A stretch of 64,000 nucleotides of DNA, taken from positions 120,395 through 184,394 of the forward strand of contig CAWELW010000002.1 in the NCBI GenBank assembly GCA_963809985.1, read 5' to 3'. Below the pieces are notes generated by a model that made no database searches, was not told the origin of the DNA, and saw nothing but the letters and a program-made list of their open reading frames with translations. Positions 1 to 20,313 of this stretch are shown here, in pieces. The DNA comes from an uncultured Alphaproteobacteria bacterium. Lineage in GTDB: Bacteria; Pseudomonadota; Alphaproteobacteria; Rhizobiales; Beijerinckiaceae. The position numbers were made by a program, and so were the translations under genes. How positions within the stretch are numbered: position 1 is the first letter of the stretch; the number at the start of each line of letters is the position of its first letter.

Positions 1-3006
<3,006 letters not shown>

Positions 3007-3016
3007 AACGGACGAA

Positions 3017-3049
3017 GCGTGCCCGCTGCGCCATGAATGGCGGGCACGC
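3017..3049 (+). promoter_or_regulatory. Perfect 10-bp stem / 13-nt loop hairpin in the rpoB-rpoC spacer (candidate attenuator or RNA processing site)
   Basis: GCGTGCCCGC (3017-3026) pairs perfectly with GCGGGCACGC (3040-3049). Followed by ATAGTTTTCG. The structure is seen directly; its function is inferred. Confidence 0.35.
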
Positions 3050-3291
3050 ATAGTTTTCGTTGCAAGCACACCGCTCCCACGAAAGAGGGCTCGCGCGAAA
3101 AAGGAAGCAACCTTGGCTCAAGCCGCGGATCGCGTAGCGACCCGAAGTGCTCAATGTTGCGCCGAAAGGCGACCACATCGTGCGCGTATTAGACCATCCG
3201 AGGGTCGTTTGATCGCCGCGTCGCCAAGTCTTGAGTTTTTCCGGCCTGCGGACCGGTGGTTTCCCGCGCAGGCCCACATCAGGAGATAATG

Positions 3292-7560
<4,269 letters not shown>

Positions 7561-7615
7561 GGGCTAGGCTCTGCCTCGTCCGCTCGGCCCGCCCAGCGCG
7601 CGGGAACGAAAGAGC

Positions 7616-7641
7616 AAGGCCGCTTCCGAGCGGCCTTTTTT
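7616..7641 (+). terminator. Rho-independent terminator after rpoC
   Basis: GGCCGCT (7618-7624), loop TCCG, AGCGGCC (7629-7635), then TTTTTT (7636-7641). Lies 56 nt after the rpoC stop. Confidence 0.75.
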
Positions 7642-7906
7642 AGCACGAACGGCTGCTCATACTCCAATCGGGTGGGCGCTCCCTTCGATTGGGAACCTGT
7701 TTGAGCGGCATCGGCTGCGTTTTGGGCGCGGACGCCGTTGCCGGTCATCAGCCGAGCCACGGCTAGCTTCAGCTTTACTTGTTTGGACAGGTGGTTTAAC
7801 CCGGCTTCGGCCGCTCCCTGGCATCTCGATGAAGATTGCGTCTCCCGATGGTCCTGGAGAAAGTCTCTTTAAATGCGCCTCCGCCGGATTTTTGACGGAG
7901 GGAGGG

Positions 7907-7935
7907 TTGACGGCCGAGCCGCAGATCATTAAGTT
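7907..7935 (+). promoter_or_regulatory. Candidate sigma70-type promoter for the str operon
   Basis: TTGACG (7907-7912), 17-nt spacer, TAAGTT (7930-7935). Pattern match only. It would give a leader of about 400 nt before rpsL. Confidence 0.25.
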
Positions 7936-8339
7936 CCGCCGACTTTCGACAGGCGGTAGATTCATTTCTGTTCGGGACAACTCGTCCTGAAGCCATACGA
8001 ATCTAAACGCTGTCGGCCCCAGCGACTGCAATGTCACATCGGATCCAGGCTACGGCCGCGGATCTTCTGGAGGCAAGAACTCGGCGTTGCCGGGGTCCTC
8101 TGCATTTTTCCAGCGCCGGAAGCCCTCGGGCCGAAGGCGCTGATTTGTTTGCGTCGAACGCTGGGACCGCGACCCGCACACCGCAAAGACCGGGCGGTTT
8201 GAGAGGTGAGGATTTCGATGCGCTCGCTTCCGTCGGCGTCTTATCAGGCCTGCCGATCGGAGGGCACGGCAGGATGCAAGACTGGCGGCATGTCGAAATT
8301 GGCGTGTTACCGGACGACCGAAGTTATGAAGGGCAAAAC

Positions 8340-8711
8340 ATGCCGACGATCAGTCAGTTGATCCGCAAGCCGCGGCAGGAAAAGGTATATCGCGAAAAGG
8401 CGCGCCACCTTGGGGCTTGTCCGCAGAAACGCGGCGTCTGCACCAGGGTTTACACGACGACGCCGAAGAAACCGAATTCGGCCTTGCGCAAGGTCGCCAA
8501 AGTGCGCCTCACGAACGGGTTCGAAGTCATTGGCTACATCCCCGGCGAGGGGCATAATCTGCAGGAACACTCGGTCGTCATGATCCGTGGTGGCCGCGTC
8601 AAGGATCTGCCGGGCGTGCGCTATCACATTCTGCGTGGCGTGCTCGATACGCAGGGGGTCAAGAACCGTAAGCAGCGCCGTTCGAAATATGGCGCGAAAC
8701 GGCCGAAGTAA
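8340..8711 (+). CDS. rpsL: 30S ribosomal protein S12
   Basis: [12 protein letters not shown]..., 123 aa. ATG 8340 chosen inside longer ORF 8031-8711. GAAGGG lies 6 nt upstream. Confidence 0.97.
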   Translation: MPTISQLIRKPRQEKVYREKARHLGACPQKRGVCTRVYTTTPKKPNSALRKVAKVRLTNGFEVIGYIPGEGHNLQEHSVVMIRGGRVKDLPGVRYHILRGVLDTQGVKNRKQRRSKYGAKRPK

Positions 8712-8728
8712 TTCGGTCTCGAAGTTGA

Positions 8729-9223
<495 letters not shown>

Positions 9224-9261
9224 GGCCGACGAAACATCTCAGCGTTTAAAGGAAACTGCAC

Positions 9262-11337
9262 ATGCCGCGCAGCCATCCGATCCGAGACTACCGAAACTTC
9301 GGTATCATGGCCCATATCGACGCGGGCAAGACGACGACGACGGAGCGTATCCTTTACTATTCCGGCAAGTCCCATAAGATCGGCGAAGTTCACGAAGGCG
9401 CCGCGACGATGGACTGGATGGAACAGGAGCAGGAGCGCGGCATCACGATCACGTCCGCCGCGACGACCACGTTTTGGAACGGCAAGCGTCTCAACATCAT
9501 CGACACACCCGGGCACGTCGATTTCACTATCGAGGTGGAACGTTCGCTGCGCGTGCTCGATGGCGCCGTCTGTGTGCTCGACGGCAACCAAGGGGTCGAG
9601 CCGCAGACCGAAACGGTCTGGCGGCAGGCGGACAAGTACAATGTTCCGCGTGTCGTCTTCGTCAATAAGATGGACAAGGTCGGAGCGGATTTCTTCCGCT
9701 GTGTCGAAGACATCAAAACTAAGGTCGCGGGGCGACCGGTCTGCATCCAGTTGCCGATCGGCTCGGAAGCCGATTTCAAGGGCGTCATCGACCTCGTCCG
9801 GATGAAAGCCGTTGTCTGGGAAGACGAAGCTCTCGGGGCGAAATATCGCGACGAAGAGATTCCGGCCGCCCTGAAGCAACGCGCCGTTGAATGTCGCCAG
9901 ACGCTGCTCGAAGCGGCGGTCGAACTCGACGATGATGCGATGACCGCCTATCTCGACGGCGTCGAACCGGATGAAGCAACGCTGAAGGCGCTGATCCGCA
10001 AGGCCGTGAAGGACATTATCTTCATCCCGATCCTTTGTGGCTCGGCCTTCAAGAACAAGGGCGTGCAGCCATTGCTCGATGCTGTCGTCGATTATCTGCC
10101 CTCGCCCGTCGACCGCGAAGCGATCAAGGGCGTCGATATGCTGACAGGTAAAGAGACCGTGCGCTGGCCGCGCGACGATGAACCTTTCTCCATGCTCGCT
10201 TTCAAGATCATGGACGATCCCTTCGTCGGGACGATAACCTTCTCGCGCGTCTATTCCGGCCATATCGAATCGGGCACGACCGTACTCAACTCGACCAAGG
10301 ACAAGCGCGAGCGTGTCGGCCGCATGCTTTTGATGCATGCGAATAATCGCGAAGACATCAAAGAGGCCTATGCCGGCGACATCATCGCTCTCGCGGGTCT
10401 CAAAGATACGCGAACCGGCGATACTTTGTGCGATCAGCACAAGCCGGTCATTCTGGAGCGGATGGAATTCCCTGAACCGGTGATCGAGATTGCGATCGAG
10501 CCGAAGTCGAAAGCCGATCAGGAGAAACTCGGAGTCGCTCTATCCAAGCTCGCGACGGAAGATCCCTCCTTCCGCGTCAGTGTCGATCAAGAATCCGGCC
10601 AGACGATCATCAAAGGCATGGGCGAACTGCATCTCGACATCAAGGTCGACATCTTGAAGCGCACCTACAAGGTTGATGCAAACATAGGTCAGCCGCAGGT
10701 TGCCTATCGCGAGAAACTGACACGGCGCATTGAAAAAGACTATACGCACAAGAAGCAGTCGGGCGGTTCCGGCCAGTTCGCCAAGGTCAAAATCGTCTTC
10801 GAGCCGACCGAACCCGGCGCGGGGACGAGTTTCGAGTCGAAGATCGTCGGCGGCGCGGTGCCGAAAGAGTATATTCCCGGCGTCGAGAAAGGCTTCAACA
10901 GCGTGCTGGGCTCGGGCGTTCTCGCCGGTTTCCCGGTCGTCGACGTCAAGGCGACGCTGATCGACGGCGACTATCACGACGTCAATTCCTCGGTGCTCGC
11001 TTTTGAAATCGCCGGTCGCGCCGCTTTTCGCGAAGCTCTGCAGGAGGGCGGCTGCGTGCTTCTCGAGCCGATTATGAAGGTCGAGGTGACGACGCCGGAG
11101 GATTACACCGGCTCCGTCATGGGTGACCTTCTGGCCCGGCGCGGCCATGTACAAGGCCAAGACATGCGCGGCAATGCGGTGGTGATCAACGCAATGGTGC
11201 CGCTCGCCAACATGTTCGGCTATGTCAATACGCTGCGGTCCTTCAGCCAGGGCCGGGCCAACTACACGATGCAATTTGATCACTATGAACAGGTCCCTGC
11301 GGGGGAAGCCGCCAAGGTGCAAGCCAAATTCGCCTGA
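9262..11337 (+). CDS. fusA: Elongation factor G
   Basis: 691 aa with G-domain motifs [14 protein letters not shown] and NKMD. Canonical str-operon position. Confidence 0.98.
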   Translation: MPRSHPIRDYRNFGIMAHIDAGKTTTTERILYYSGKSHKIGEVHEGAATMDWMEQEQERGITITSAATTTFWNGKRLNIIDTPGHVDFTIEVERSLRVLDGAVCVLDGNQGVEPQTETVWRQADKYNVPRVVFVNKMDKVGADFFRCVEDIKTKVAGRPVCIQLPIGSEADFKGVIDLVRMKAVVWEDEALGAKYRDEEIPAALKQRAVECRQTLLEAAVELDDDAMTAYLDGVEPDEATLKALIRKAVKDIIFIPILCGSAFKNKGVQPLLDAVVDYLPSPVDREAIKGVDMLTGKETVRWPRDDEPFSMLAFKIMDDPFVGTITFSRVYSGHIESGTTVLNSTKDKRERVGRMLLMHANNREDIKEAYAGDIIALAGLKDTRTGDTLCDQHKPVILERMEFPEPVIEIAIEPKSKADQEKLGVALSKLATEDPSFRVSVDQESGQTIIKGMGELHLDIKVDILKRTYKVDANIGQPQVAYREKLTRRIEKDYTHKKQSGGSGQFAKVKIVFEPTEPGAGTSFESKIVGGAVPKEYIPGVEKGFNSVLGSGVLAGFPVVDVKATLIDGDYHDVNSSVLAFEIAGRAAFREALQEGGCVLLEPIMKVEVTTPEDYTGSVMGDLLARRGHVQGQDMRGNAVVINAMVPLANMFGYVNTLRSFSQGRANYTMQFDHYEQVPAGEAAKVQAKFA

Positions 11338-11384
11338 GCGATCTTGGTTGAACTTTGATTAGAAGGGTTTGAAGGAGCCGAGAT

Positions 11385-12575
<1,191 letters not shown>

Positions 12576-12678
12576 GAAACTGCACCGAACACGTCGCAGG
12601 CGTGGTCCGCCTTTTCGGAGAATCTAGTTGGGCCGGCCGAGCGACCATGGGTCGAGGCCGGTCGACGGGGAAATGATC

Positions 12679-12987
12679 ATGAACGGCCAAAATATCCGCA
12701 TTCGCCTCAAGGCATTTGACCATCGCATCCTCGATTCTTCGACCAAGGAGATCGTGTCGACGGCGAAGCGGACCGGTGCGCAGGTGCGCGGTCCGATTCC
12801 GCTGCCGACCAAAATCGAAAAATTCACGGTCAATCGCTCGCCGCACGTCGACAAGAAGTCGCGTGAGCAATTCGAGATCCGGACGCACAAGCGAGTGCTA
12901 GACATCGTCGATCCGACGCCGCAGACCGTCGACGCCTTGATGAAGCTCGACCTTGCCGCGGGCGTCGACGTCGAGATCAAGCTCTGA
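12679..12987 (+). CDS. rpsJ: 30S ribosomal protein S10
   Basis: [16 protein letters not shown]..., 102 aa. ATG 12679 chosen inside ORF 12628-12987. Confidence 0.96.
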   Translation: MNGQNIRIRLKAFDHRILDSSTKEIVSTAKRTGAQVRGPIPLPTKIEKFTVNRSPHVDKKSREQFEIRTHKRVLDIVDPTPQTVDALMKLDLAAGVDVEIKL

Positions 12988-13042
12988 TTTGAGAACAAGG
13001 GGCCTTCTGCGCTGAGGCGGCGGCTCTTGAGGGAATAGAACC

Positions 13043-13777
13043 ATGCGATCAGGTGTCATCGCACAAAAACTCGGCATGACGCGCGTCTTTACGGAGGCAG
13101 GCGAACATGTGCCTGTCACGGTTCTGAAGCTCGACGGGTGCCAGGTCGTCGCGCACAGGACCAAAGAAAAGAACGGCTACACGGCGGTGCAACTCGGAAT
13201 CGGCAAGGCGAAGGTCAAGAATGTGTCGAAGGCAGAACGCGGGCGCTTTGCCGTCGCCAAAGTGGAACCGAAGTTGAAGCTCGCCGAATTTTGCGTCGGC
13301 GAGGACGCGTTGTTGCCGGTCGGTGCCGAAATCACGGCGGATCATTTCGTCGTCGGCCAGTTCGTCGACGTCACCGGGACGAGCGCCGGCAAGGGCTTTG
13401 CCGGTCCCATGAAGCGCTGGAACTTCGGCGGCTTGCGCGCGTCGCACGGCGTCTCGATTTCGCATCGCTCGCATGGTTCGACCGGGGGTCGGCAGGATCC
13501 CGGCAAAACGTTCAAGAACAAGAAGATGGCGGGCCATATGGGTGTCGATCGGGTGACGACGCTCAATCTGCGGGTCATCCAGCTCGATGTCGCGCGCGGC
13601 CTCATTCTCGTCGAAGGCGCCGTGCCCGGCACGCGAGGCGGCTGGATCCATGTTCGTGACGCGGTGAAGAAGGTGCTCCCGAAAGATGCGCCCTTGCCCG
13701 GCAGATATCGCTTGAGCGCAGAACCCAATGGGGCTGCACGCGAGGCGGTGCTCGCCGAGGCGACGACGGAAGGATGA
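13043..13777 (+). CDS. rplC: 50S ribosomal protein L3
   Basis: [16 protein letters not shown]..., 244 aa. S10-operon order. Confidence 0.97.
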   Translation: MRSGVIAQKLGMTRVFTEAGEHVPVTVLKLDGCQVVAHRTKEKNGYTAVQLGIGKAKVKNVSKAERGRFAVAKVEPKLKLAEFCVGEDALLPVGAEITADHFVVGQFVDVTGTSAGKGFAGPMKRWNFGGLRASHGVSISHRSHGSTGGRQDPGKTFKNKKMAGHMGVDRVTTLNLRVIQLDVARGLILVEGAVPGTRGGWIHVRDAVKKVLPKDAPLPGRYRLSAEPNGAAREAVLAEATTEG

Positions 13778-13784
13778 GCGCCAC

Positions 13785-14405
13785 ATGAAGATCGACGTGA
13801 CATCCCTCGACGGATCGCAAGCCGGCTCGATCGAATTGAACGATGAGATTTTCGGTCTCGAACCGCGCCAGGACATTCTCGCGCGGATGGTGCGCTATCA
13901 GCTCGCCAAGCGTCAGGCCGGCACCCACAAGACCAAGGGGCGGGCCGAAATCGCCCGCACCGGCAAGAAGATGTATAAGCAGAAGGGCACCGGCAACGCC
14001 CGCCACGGGTCGGCTCGCGTGCCGCAGTTCCGCGGCGGCGGCCGCGCCTTCGGCCCGGTCGTGCGTTCGCATGCGCATGACCTGCCGAAGAAAGTCCGCA
14101 CGCTCGCGCTCAAACATGCCCTGTCGGCAAAAGCGAAAGTGGGTGAGATCGTCGTCTTTGCCGAGGCTCGGGTGGCCGAGCCCAAGACTGCGTTTCTCAA
14201 GCAGAATCTCGCGCGGTTGGGACTGACCAATGCGCTGATCGTCGACGGCGCCGAGTTGCAGTCCAATTTCCGTCTCGCGGCCTGCAACATTGCCAATATC
14301 GACGTGCTGCCCGTGCAGGGCATCAATGTCTACGACATTTTGCGGCGCCAGAAGCTCGTCCTTACCAAAGCCGCGGTCGACGCGCTGGAGGCCCGATTCA
14401 AATGA
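13785..14405 (+). CDS. rplD: 50S ribosomal protein L4
   Basis: [10 protein letters not shown]..., 206 aa. ATG 13785 chosen inside ORF 13728-14405. Confidence 0.96.
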   Translation: MKIDVTSLDGSQAGSIELNDEIFGLEPRQDILARMVRYQLAKRQAGTHKTKGRAEIARTGKKMYKQKGTGNARHGSARVPQFRGGGRAFGPVVRSHAHDLPKKVRTLALKHALSAKAKVGEIVVFAEARVAEPKTAFLKQNLARLGLTNALIVDGAELQSNFRLAACNIANIDVLPVQGINVYDILRRQKLVLTKAAVDALEARFK

Positions 14406-14713
14406 GCTCGCCGAAAGTCTTCGCCGACGCGCGTCATTATGATCTGATCATCGCGCCGATCATCACCGAGAAGGGGACGTTCCTTTCGGAACACAATCAA
14501 GTTCTCTTCAAGGTCCGCAAGGATGCGACGAAGCCGCAGATCAAGGCGGCGGTGGAACGGCTGTTCGACGTCAAAGTCGAGGCCGTGAACACGATCGTGC
14601 GCAAGGGCAAGAAGAAAGTGTTCAAAGGCACGCGCGGCGTCCAATCCGACGTGAAAAAAGCGATCGTTACCCTTGCCAAGGGTCATACGATCGATGTGAC
14701 GACCGGGCTCTGA
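14402..14713 (+). CDS. rplW: 50S ribosomal protein L23
   Basis: 103 aa. ATGA start/stop overlap with rplD. Correct operon position. Confidence 0.96.
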   Translation: MSSPKVFADARHYDLIIAPIITEKGTFLSEHNQVLFKVRKDATKPQIKAAVERLFDVKVEAVNTIVRKGKKKVFKGTRGVQSDVKKAIVTLAKGHTIDVTTGL

Positions 14714-14735
14714 GCGACGAACGGCGGGAAGTAAA

Positions 14736-15575
14736 ATGGCACTGAAGACATTCAAGCCGATCACCCCGGGCCTTCGTCAGCTCGTGATCGTCGATCGCAA
14801 GGATCTCTATAAGGGCAAGCCGGTCAAGCAATTGACCGAGGGCAAGTCGTCGACTGGCGGACGCAACAATCATGGCCGCGTGACCGTACGTTTTCGTGGC
14901 GGCGGCCACAAGCAGGCCTATCGCATAGTCGATTTCAAACGCCGCAAGCTCGGTGTACCGGCCAAGGTCGAGCGGATCGAATATGATCCAAATCGGACCT
15001 GTTTCATCGCTCTGATCCGCTATGGCGATGATGAATTGTCCTACATCATCGCACCGCAGCGTCTGTCCGTCGGCGACGAAGTGATTTCGGGCCAGCAGGT
15101 CGACGTGAAGCCGGGCAATGCCATGGCTCTGGCCAATATGCCGATCGGCACCATCGTCCACAACGTCGAGATGAAGATCGGCAAAGGCGGCGCCATGGTC
15201 CGTTCGGCCGGCACCTTTGCGCAGGTGGTCGGCCGCGATCAAGGCTATGTCATCGTCAGGCTCAATTCCGGCGAGCAGCGGCTGATCCACGGTCAATGTT
15301 TCGCGACCGTCGGCGCCGTTTCCAATCCCGACCACATGAATACTTCGATCGGCAAGGCCGGGCGCAAGCGCTGGATGGGGCGAATGCCGCATAATCGCGG
15401 CGTCACGATGAACCCGGTCGACCATCCGCATGGCGGCGGCGAAGGCAAAACGTCGGGTGGCCGGCATCCGGTCACGCCTTGGGGCAAGCCGACCAAGGGC
15501 AAGAGGACGCGGACCAACAAGTCCACCGGCAAATTCATCGTGACCTCGCGTCACAAAAGCAAGAAGAAGGGCTGA
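14736..15575 (+). CDS. rplB: 50S ribosomal protein L2
   Basis: 279 aa, [14 protein letters not shown]..., with the HPHGGGEG motif. Confidence 0.98.
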   Translation: MALKTFKPITPGLRQLVIVDRKDLYKGKPVKQLTEGKSSTGGRNNHGRVTVRFRGGGHKQAYRIVDFKRRKLGVPAKVERIEYDPNRTCFIALIRYGDDELSYIIAPQRLSVGDEVISGQQVDVKPGNAMALANMPIGTIVHNVEMKIGKGGAMVRSAGTFAQVVGRDQGYVIVRLNSGEQRLIHGQCFATVGAVSNPDHMNTSIGKAGRKRWMGRMPHNRGVTMNPVDHPHGGGEGKTSGGRHPVTPWGKPTKGKRTRTNKSTGKFIVTSRHKSKKKG

Positions 15576-15578
15576 GCC

Positions 15579-15857
15579 ATGTCGCGCTCGATCTGGAAAG
15601 GTCCGTTCGTCGACGGCTATCTGCTCAAGAAGGCGGATTCCGCACGCTCGTCCGGCCGCAGCGAAATCATCAAGATCTGGAGCCGGCGCTCCACCATCCT
15701 GCCGCAATTCGTCGGCCTCACCTTCGGCGTCCACAACGGGCACAAGCATATTCCCGTTTCGGTCAGCGAAGACATGATCGGTCATAAGTTCGGTGAATTC
15801 GCGCCGACCCGGACCTTCCATGGTCACGCGGCCGACAAGAAAGCGAAGCGCGGCTGA
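15579..15857 (+). CDS. rpsS: 30S ribosomal protein S19
   Basis: [12 protein letters not shown]..., 92 aa. Confidence 0.97.
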   Translation: MSRSIWKGPFVDGYLLKKADSARSSGRSEIIKIWSRRSTILPQFVGLTFGVHNGHKHIPVSVSEDMIGHKFGEFAPTRTFHGHAADKKAKRG

Positions 15858-15868
15858 GGGGGCTCGAA

Positions 15869-16258
15869 ATGTCCAAAGAGAAAACCATCCGCGCGTTAGG
15901 CGACAACGAAGCTAAAGCAGTCTGCCGCATGCTGCGCGTCAGCCCGCAGAAACTGAACCTGCTTGCGCAATTAATCCGTGGCAAGAAGGTCGAGCAGGCG
16001 CTCGCCGACCTCCAGTTCTCTCGCAAGCGCATTTCCGTCGAGGTCAAGAAGACGCTGGAAAGCGCGATTGCCAATGCCGAAAACAACCACGGTCTCGACG
16101 TCGACGACCTTGTCGTTGCCGAGGCCTTCGTCGGCAAGGCCCTGGTGATGAAGCGGTTCAGCCCACGTGCACGCGGCCGCGCCGGACGCATTGAAAAGTT
16201 CTTTTCGAACTTGACGATCGTCGTGCGCGAAGTCGCAACCCAAACGGCGGAAGCCTGA
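15869..16258 (+). CDS. rplV: 50S ribosomal protein L22
   Basis: 129 aa. Correct operon position; [10 protein letters not shown]... region present. Confidence 0.96.
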   Translation: MSKEKTIRALGDNEAKAVCRMLRVSPQKLNLLAQLIRGKKVEQALADLQFSRKRISVEVKKTLESAIANAENNHGLDVDDLVVAEAFVGKALVMKRFSPRARGRAGRIEKFFSNLTIVVREVATQTAEA

Positions 16259-16267
16259 GGAACGAAT

Positions 16268-16987
16268 ATGGGACAGAAAGTCAATCCGATCGGTCTTCGC
16301 CTCGGCATCAATCGGACTTGGGATTCGCGCTGGTTCGCCGGCAAGGCCGAATACGGCAAGTTGCTGCACGAAGACATGCACATCCGTGAAGTTCTCATGA
16401 AGGCGCTGAAACAGGCGGCCGTGTCGAAGATCATTATCGAGCGGCCGCACAAGAAGTGCCGGGTGACGATCCATTCGGCGCGTCCGGGCGTCGTCATCGG
16501 CAAGAAGGGCGCCGACATCGACAAGATCCGAAAGCTCGTGGGCAAGCTCACCGAGTCCGAAGTGGTCATCAATATCGTCGAGGTGCGCAAGCCGGAAATC
16601 GACGCGAACCTCGTGGCGGAGTCGATTGCCCAGCAGCTCGAGCGGCGCGTCGCCTTCCGGCGTGCGATGAAGCGGGCGGTGCAATCGGCCATGCGGCTCG
16701 GCGCCGAAGGCATACGCATCAATTGCTCGGGCCGCCTCGGCGGTGCCGAAATCGCCCGGCTCGAATGGTATCGCGAGGGGCGCGTGCCTTTGCACACATT
16801 GCGTGCCGACGTCGATTACGGCGTTGCGACCGCACATACCGCCTATGGCACATGTGGAATCAAGGTCTGGATCTTCAAAGGCGAGATCCTCGAGCATGAT
16901 CCGATGGCGCAGGACAAGAAGATGGCGGAACAAGATCATCAGCCAAGCGGCGGCGAGCGGCGTCGGCGCGATCGCGACGCTGCCTGA
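16268..16987 (+). CDS. rpsC: 30S ribosomal protein S3
   Basis: [22 protein letters not shown]..., 239 aa. Confidence 0.97.
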   Translation: MGQKVNPIGLRLGINRTWDSRWFAGKAEYGKLLHEDMHIREVLMKALKQAAVSKIIIERPHKKCRVTIHSARPGVVIGKKGADIDKIRKLVGKLTESEVVINIVEVRKPEIDANLVAESIAQQLERRVAFRRAMKRAVQSAMRLGAEGIRINCSGRLGGAEIARLEWYREGRVPLHTLRADVDYGVATAHTAYGTCGIKVWIFKGEILEHDPMAQDKKMAEQDHQPSGGERRRRDRDAA

Positions 16988-17019
16988 CAGGCTTTGCCGA
17001 AAATTCAAGAGTTTGAACC

Positions 17020-17434
17020 ATGTTGCAACCCAAGCGCACGAAGTTCCGCAAAGCCTTCAAAGGCCGCATCCATGGCGCGGCGAAAGGCGCCTTCGACCTA
17101 AATTTCGGCCAGTTCGGCCTGAAGGCTATGGAACCTGAGCGCATCACAGCCCGCCAGATCGAAGCGGCGCGGCGTGCCATGACCCGCCATATGCGGCGTG
17201 CCGGTCGAAGTCTGGATCCGCATCTTCCCGGACGTTCCAGTTTCGAAAAAGCCGACCGAAGTCCGCATGGGCAAAGGCAAGGGTGCCCCGGAATTGTGGA
17301 CCTGCCGGGTGGCGCCGGGGCGCATCATGTTCGAAATCGACGGCGTGCCGCTCGATACGGCGCGCGAGGCATTGCGTCTCGCTGCGGCGAAATTGCCAAT
17401 CAAGACGCGCTTCATTCAGCGAATCGCCGAATAA
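17020..17434 (+). pseudogene. rplP: 50S ribosomal protein L16, frameshifted as sequenced (one extra nt near 17208-17209). The gene is essential, so this is probably a sequencing indel.
   Basis: Frame 1 from ATG 17020 gives [11 protein letters not shown]...TRHMRRAGR and then nonsense. Frame 2 (ORF 17198-17434) gives [28 protein letters not shown]...[10 protein letters not shown], with stop at 17432-17434. The span is 415 nt (3n+1). Confidence 0.9.
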
Positions 17435-17447
17435 GAGGGACGCCGAG

Positions 17448-17663
17448 ATGAAAGCGAAGCAACGGTTGTCGGATTTGCGCGTCATGTCCGAAGATCAGAT
17501 CGAGCAGGAGATTTTGAACCTGAAGAAGGAGCAGTTCAATCTGCGCTTTCAGCGGGCAACCGGGCAATTGCAGGATACGACCCGCGTCCGGGTCGTGCGG
17601 CGCGACATTGCACGGGCGAAGACCATCGCCGCGCAACGCCGCAGTGCTGGCAAGAAGGATTAG
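17448..17663 (+). CDS. rpmC: 50S ribosomal protein L29
   Basis: [35 protein letters not shown]..., 71 aa. ATG chosen inside ORF 17283-17663. Confidence 0.95.
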   Translation: MKAKQRLSDLRVMSEDQIEQEILNLKKEQFNLRFQRATGQLQDTTRVRVVRRDIARAKTIAAQRRSAGKKD

Positions 17664-17669
17664 ATCGAA

Positions 17670-17927
17670 ATGCCGAAACGGATCCTGCAAGGCGTCGTCG
17701 TCAGCGACAAGCAGAACAAGACCGTCGTCGTGAAGGTCGAGCGCCGTTTTACGCATCCGCTTTTCAAGAAGACGGTGCGCCGCTCGAAGAATTATCATGC
17801 GCATGACGAGACCAACCGCTTCAAGGTCGGCGATACGGTCTCCATCGAGGAGACGCGTCCGATCTCGCGCATGAAGCGCTGGGCGGTCGTCGAAACCGCG
17901 GCGGCAGCCGCAGCGCCGAACGAGTGA
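17670..17927 (+). CDS. rpsQ: 30S ribosomal protein S17
   Basis: [27 protein letters not shown]..., 85 aa. Confidence 0.96.
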   Translation: MPKRILQGVVVSDKQNKTVVVKVERRFTHPLFKKTVRRSKNYHAHDETNRFKVGDTVSIEETRPISRMKRWAVVETAAAAAAPNE

Positions 17928-18135
17928 TTTCATCCGATTCGGATTGACGATAAACGCCGCGAGCCATGCTCCTGAATGCAGGCTCGGCGGGACGACGGAA
18001 AGGGCAAGCGGCGCGCCTTCATATGTGTGCCGCATCGCCATTGTTGAACATGTTGGAGGCGTGAGCCTCCTTCAGGCGTAGTCCGGCGGCGTCGAGACGA
18101 AGCCGGAAACCGATCTGACAGAAGGGCACAAAGCC

Positions 18136-18504
18136 ATGATACAGATGCAATCCAACCTCGACGTCGCCGACAACTCCGGCGCGCGTCGCGTCATGTGCAT
18201 CAAGGTCCTCGGCGGTTCGAAACGGAAATATGCCGGCGTCGGCGATATCATTGTCGTCTCGATCAAGGAAGCCATTCCGCGTGGCCGGGTCAAAAAAGGC
18301 GACGTGATGAAGGCGGTCGTGGTGCGGACGGCAAAGGACATCAAGCGCGCCGACGGGTCGGTCATCCGATTCGATTCGAACGCGGCTGTCTTGATCAACA
18401 ACCAAGCTGAACCGATCGGCACGCGCATTTTCGGACCGGTGCCGCGCGAATTGCGCGCGAAGAACCACATGAAGATCATTTCGCTCGCGCCGGAGGTTCT
18501 GTGA
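18136..18504 (+). CDS. rplN: 50S ribosomal protein L14
   Basis: [27 protein letters not shown]..., 122 aa. Confidence 0.98.
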   Translation: MIQMQSNLDVADNSGARRVMCIKVLGGSKRKYAGVGDIIVVSIKEAIPRGRVKKGDVMKAVVVRTAKDIKRADGSVIRFDSNAAVLINNQAEPIGTRIFGPVPRELRAKNHMKIISLAPEVL

Positions 18505-18821
18505 TGGCCGCGAAAATCAAGAAAGGCGACAAGGTCGTCGTTCTCGGCGGCCGCGACAAGGGCCGCTCGGGTGAAGTCCTGCAGGTGCTCCCCAAGCTCG
18601 ATCGGGCCTTGGTGCGCGGTGTCAACATGGTCAAACGTCATCAGAGCCAGACGATGAAGCAGGAAGCTGGCATCGTCTCGAAGGAAGCGACGATCCATTT
18701 GTCCAATCTCGCCGTTGCCGATCCGAAAGATGGCAAGCCGACGCGCGTCGGCTTCAAGATCCTCGACGATGGCCGCAAGGTTCGCATCGCCAAACGCTCG
18801 GGAGAAATGATCGATGGCTGA
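18504..18821 (+). CDS. rplX: 50S ribosomal protein L24
   Basis: [20 protein letters not shown]..., 105 aa. TGATG overlap with the rplN stop. GGAGG lies 7 nt upstream. Confidence 0.96.
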   Translation: MAAKIKKGDKVVVLGGRDKGRSGEVLQVLPKLDRALVRGVNMVKRHQSQTMKQEAGIVSKEATIHLSNLAVADPKDGKPTRVGFKILDDGRKVRIAKRSGEMIDG

Positions 18822-19533
18822 GGATAAGAAGAGCGGGGCCAAGGGCGGCGCGAAAACCGCTGGTGCGAAAGCCCCAGCCAAACCCGCGGCAGCTGGCGCC
18901 AAAGGCAAGAAACCCGAACAGAAGGAAGGTCGCGGTGCAGCGCCGGCCAAGGCGGCAGCTTCGCGCGAGTCTCTCGTGCTGCCGCAGGATTATGTGCCAC
19001 GGCTCAAGAAACATTACGACGAGGTCGTGCTGCCGCGCATGATTGAGCAGTTCGGCTATAAGAATCGGCACGAAGTGCCGACGATCGAGAAGATCGTGCT
19101 CAATATGGGCGTCGGCGAGGCGGTGAGCGACAGCAAGAAGGCGACGCTCGCGGCGGCCGATCTTGCTCAGATCGCCGGGCAGAAGCCGATCATCACGCAC
19201 GCCCGCCAGGCCATCGCCACGTTCAAAGTGCGCGAGAATATGCCGATCGGCGCGAAAGTGACTTTGCGCAAGACACGCATGTACGAATTCCTCGATCGAC
19301 TCGTGACGATCGCCTTGCCGCGGGTGCGCGACTTTCGCGGACTGAACCCGAAGAGCTTCGATGGTCGCGGCAATTTCGCGATGGGGATCAAGGAACATAT
19401 CGTCTTCCCGGAGGTCGACTACGACAAGGTCGAGAGCGTTCTCGGCATGGATGTCATCGTGTGCACGACGGCAAAGACCGACGATGAAGCGCGCGCTTTA
19501 TTGCGGGCATTCAACTTTCCGTTCCGGCAGTGA
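18814..19533 (+). CDS. rplE: 50S ribosomal protein L5 with an Ala/Lys/Pro-rich N-terminal extension of about 54 aa. A canonical-length alternative starts at GTG 18976.
   Basis: The C-terminal 185 aa are canonical L5 ([11 protein letters not shown]...NFPFRQ). ATG 18814 overlaps the rplX stop (ATGGCTGA) and has GGGAG 9 nt upstream. GTG 18976 has no obvious SD. Confidence 0.9.
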   Translation: MAEDKKSGAKGGAKTAGAKAPAKPAAAGAKGKKPEQKEGRGAAPAKAAASRESLVLPQDYVPRLKKHYDEVVLPRMIEQFGYKNRHEVPTIEKIVLNMGVGEAVSDSKKATLAAADLAQIAGQKPIITHARQAIATFKVRENMPIGAKVTLRKTRMYEFLDRLVTIALPRVRDFRGLNPKSFDGRGNFAMGIKEHIVFPEVDYDKVESVLGMDVIVCTTAKTDDEARALLRAFNFPFRQ

Positions 19534-19573
19534 GACAGGTGCGTCTCAAACGCGGAAACCAGAGGTAAGCTTT

Positions 19574-19879
19574 ATGGCGAAGAAGAGTTCAATCGAGAAG
19601 AACAAGCATCGTATCAAGCTCGTGAAACAGTTTGCGGTGCGGCGGAAGCGTCTCAAGGCCATCGCCGGTGATGAGACATTGAGCATGGAGGAACGCTTCG
19701 CGGCGCGCCTACGGCTTGCCGAACTGCCGCGCAATTCGTCGCCGGGCCGGATTCGCAATCGCTGCGAAGTCACGGGTCGCCCGCGCGCCTTCATCGGCAA
19801 GATGAAGATGTCGCGTATCGCCGTTCGGGAATTGGGCTCGCGTGGCCTCATTCCCGGTCTCGTGAAGTCGAGCTGGTGA
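19574..19879 (+). CDS. rpsN: 30S ribosomal protein S14
   Basis: [13 protein letters not shown]...LVKSSW, 101 aa. ATG chosen inside ORF 19361-19879. Confidence 0.96.
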   Translation: MAKKSSIEKNKHRIKLVKQFAVRRKRLKAIAGDETLSMEERFAARLRLAELPRNSSPGRIRNRCEVTGRPRAFIGKMKMSRIAVRELGSRGLIPGLVKSSW

Positions 19880-19891
19880 GGAGGGCGGACC

Positions 19892-20290
19892 ATGGCAGTG
19901 AATGATCCTTTGGGAGATATGCTGACCCGCATCCGCAATGCACAGATGCGGCGCAAGGGCAGGGTGCAGACGCCCGGCTCCAGACTGCGTGCGCATGTTC
20001 TCGACGTCTTGCAGTCGGAAGGCTATATTCGCGGTTATTCGACGACCGAATACGGCAATGGCCGCACTGAGTTCGAGATCGAACTCAAATATTATGACGG
20101 ACAGCCGGTGATCCGCGAGATCCAGCGCGTGTCGAAGCCGGGCCGCCGCGTCTACGCCGGGGTCTCGGACATGCCGCAAGTCGCCAATGGTCTCGGCATT
20201 ACGATCGTCTCGACGCCGAAAGGCGTCATGGCCGATCACTCGGCGCGCGAGGCGAATGTCGGCGGTGAAGTCCTTTGCAAGGTCTTCTGA
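19892..20290 (+). CDS. rpsH: 30S ribosomal protein S8
   Basis: [20 protein letters not shown]..., 132 aa. Confidence 0.97.
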   Translation: MAVNDPLGDMLTRIRNAQMRRKGRVQTPGSRLRAHVLDVLQSEGYIRGYSTTEYGNGRTEFEIELKYYDGQPVIREIQRVSKPGRRVYAGVSDMPQVANGLGITIVSTPKGVMADHSAREANVGGEVLCKVF

Positions 20291-20313
20291 CCGGAAGAAT
20301 GGGGAAGTAATCC

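Noticed and set aside
8031-8339. Upstream in-frame extensions of several genes in the ORF track. Examples: rpsL from 8031, rpsJ from 12628, rplD from 13728, rpsN from 19361, serS from 43378, nlpD-like from 47456, metG to 57453, holB to 58505, the MBL hydrolase to 55491, tatD to 55826.
   Set aside because: Conserved N-termini and SD positions identify the internal starts. The extensions overlap upstream genes or are compositionally non-coding.
17195-17215. Programmed +1 ribosomal frameshifting as the explanation for the split rplP
   Set aside because: The junction (GGT CGA AGT C) has no slippery or stop-codon-stimulated context like prfB. An identical type of +1-nt defect occurs in ppc, so sequencing indel is the simpler explanation.
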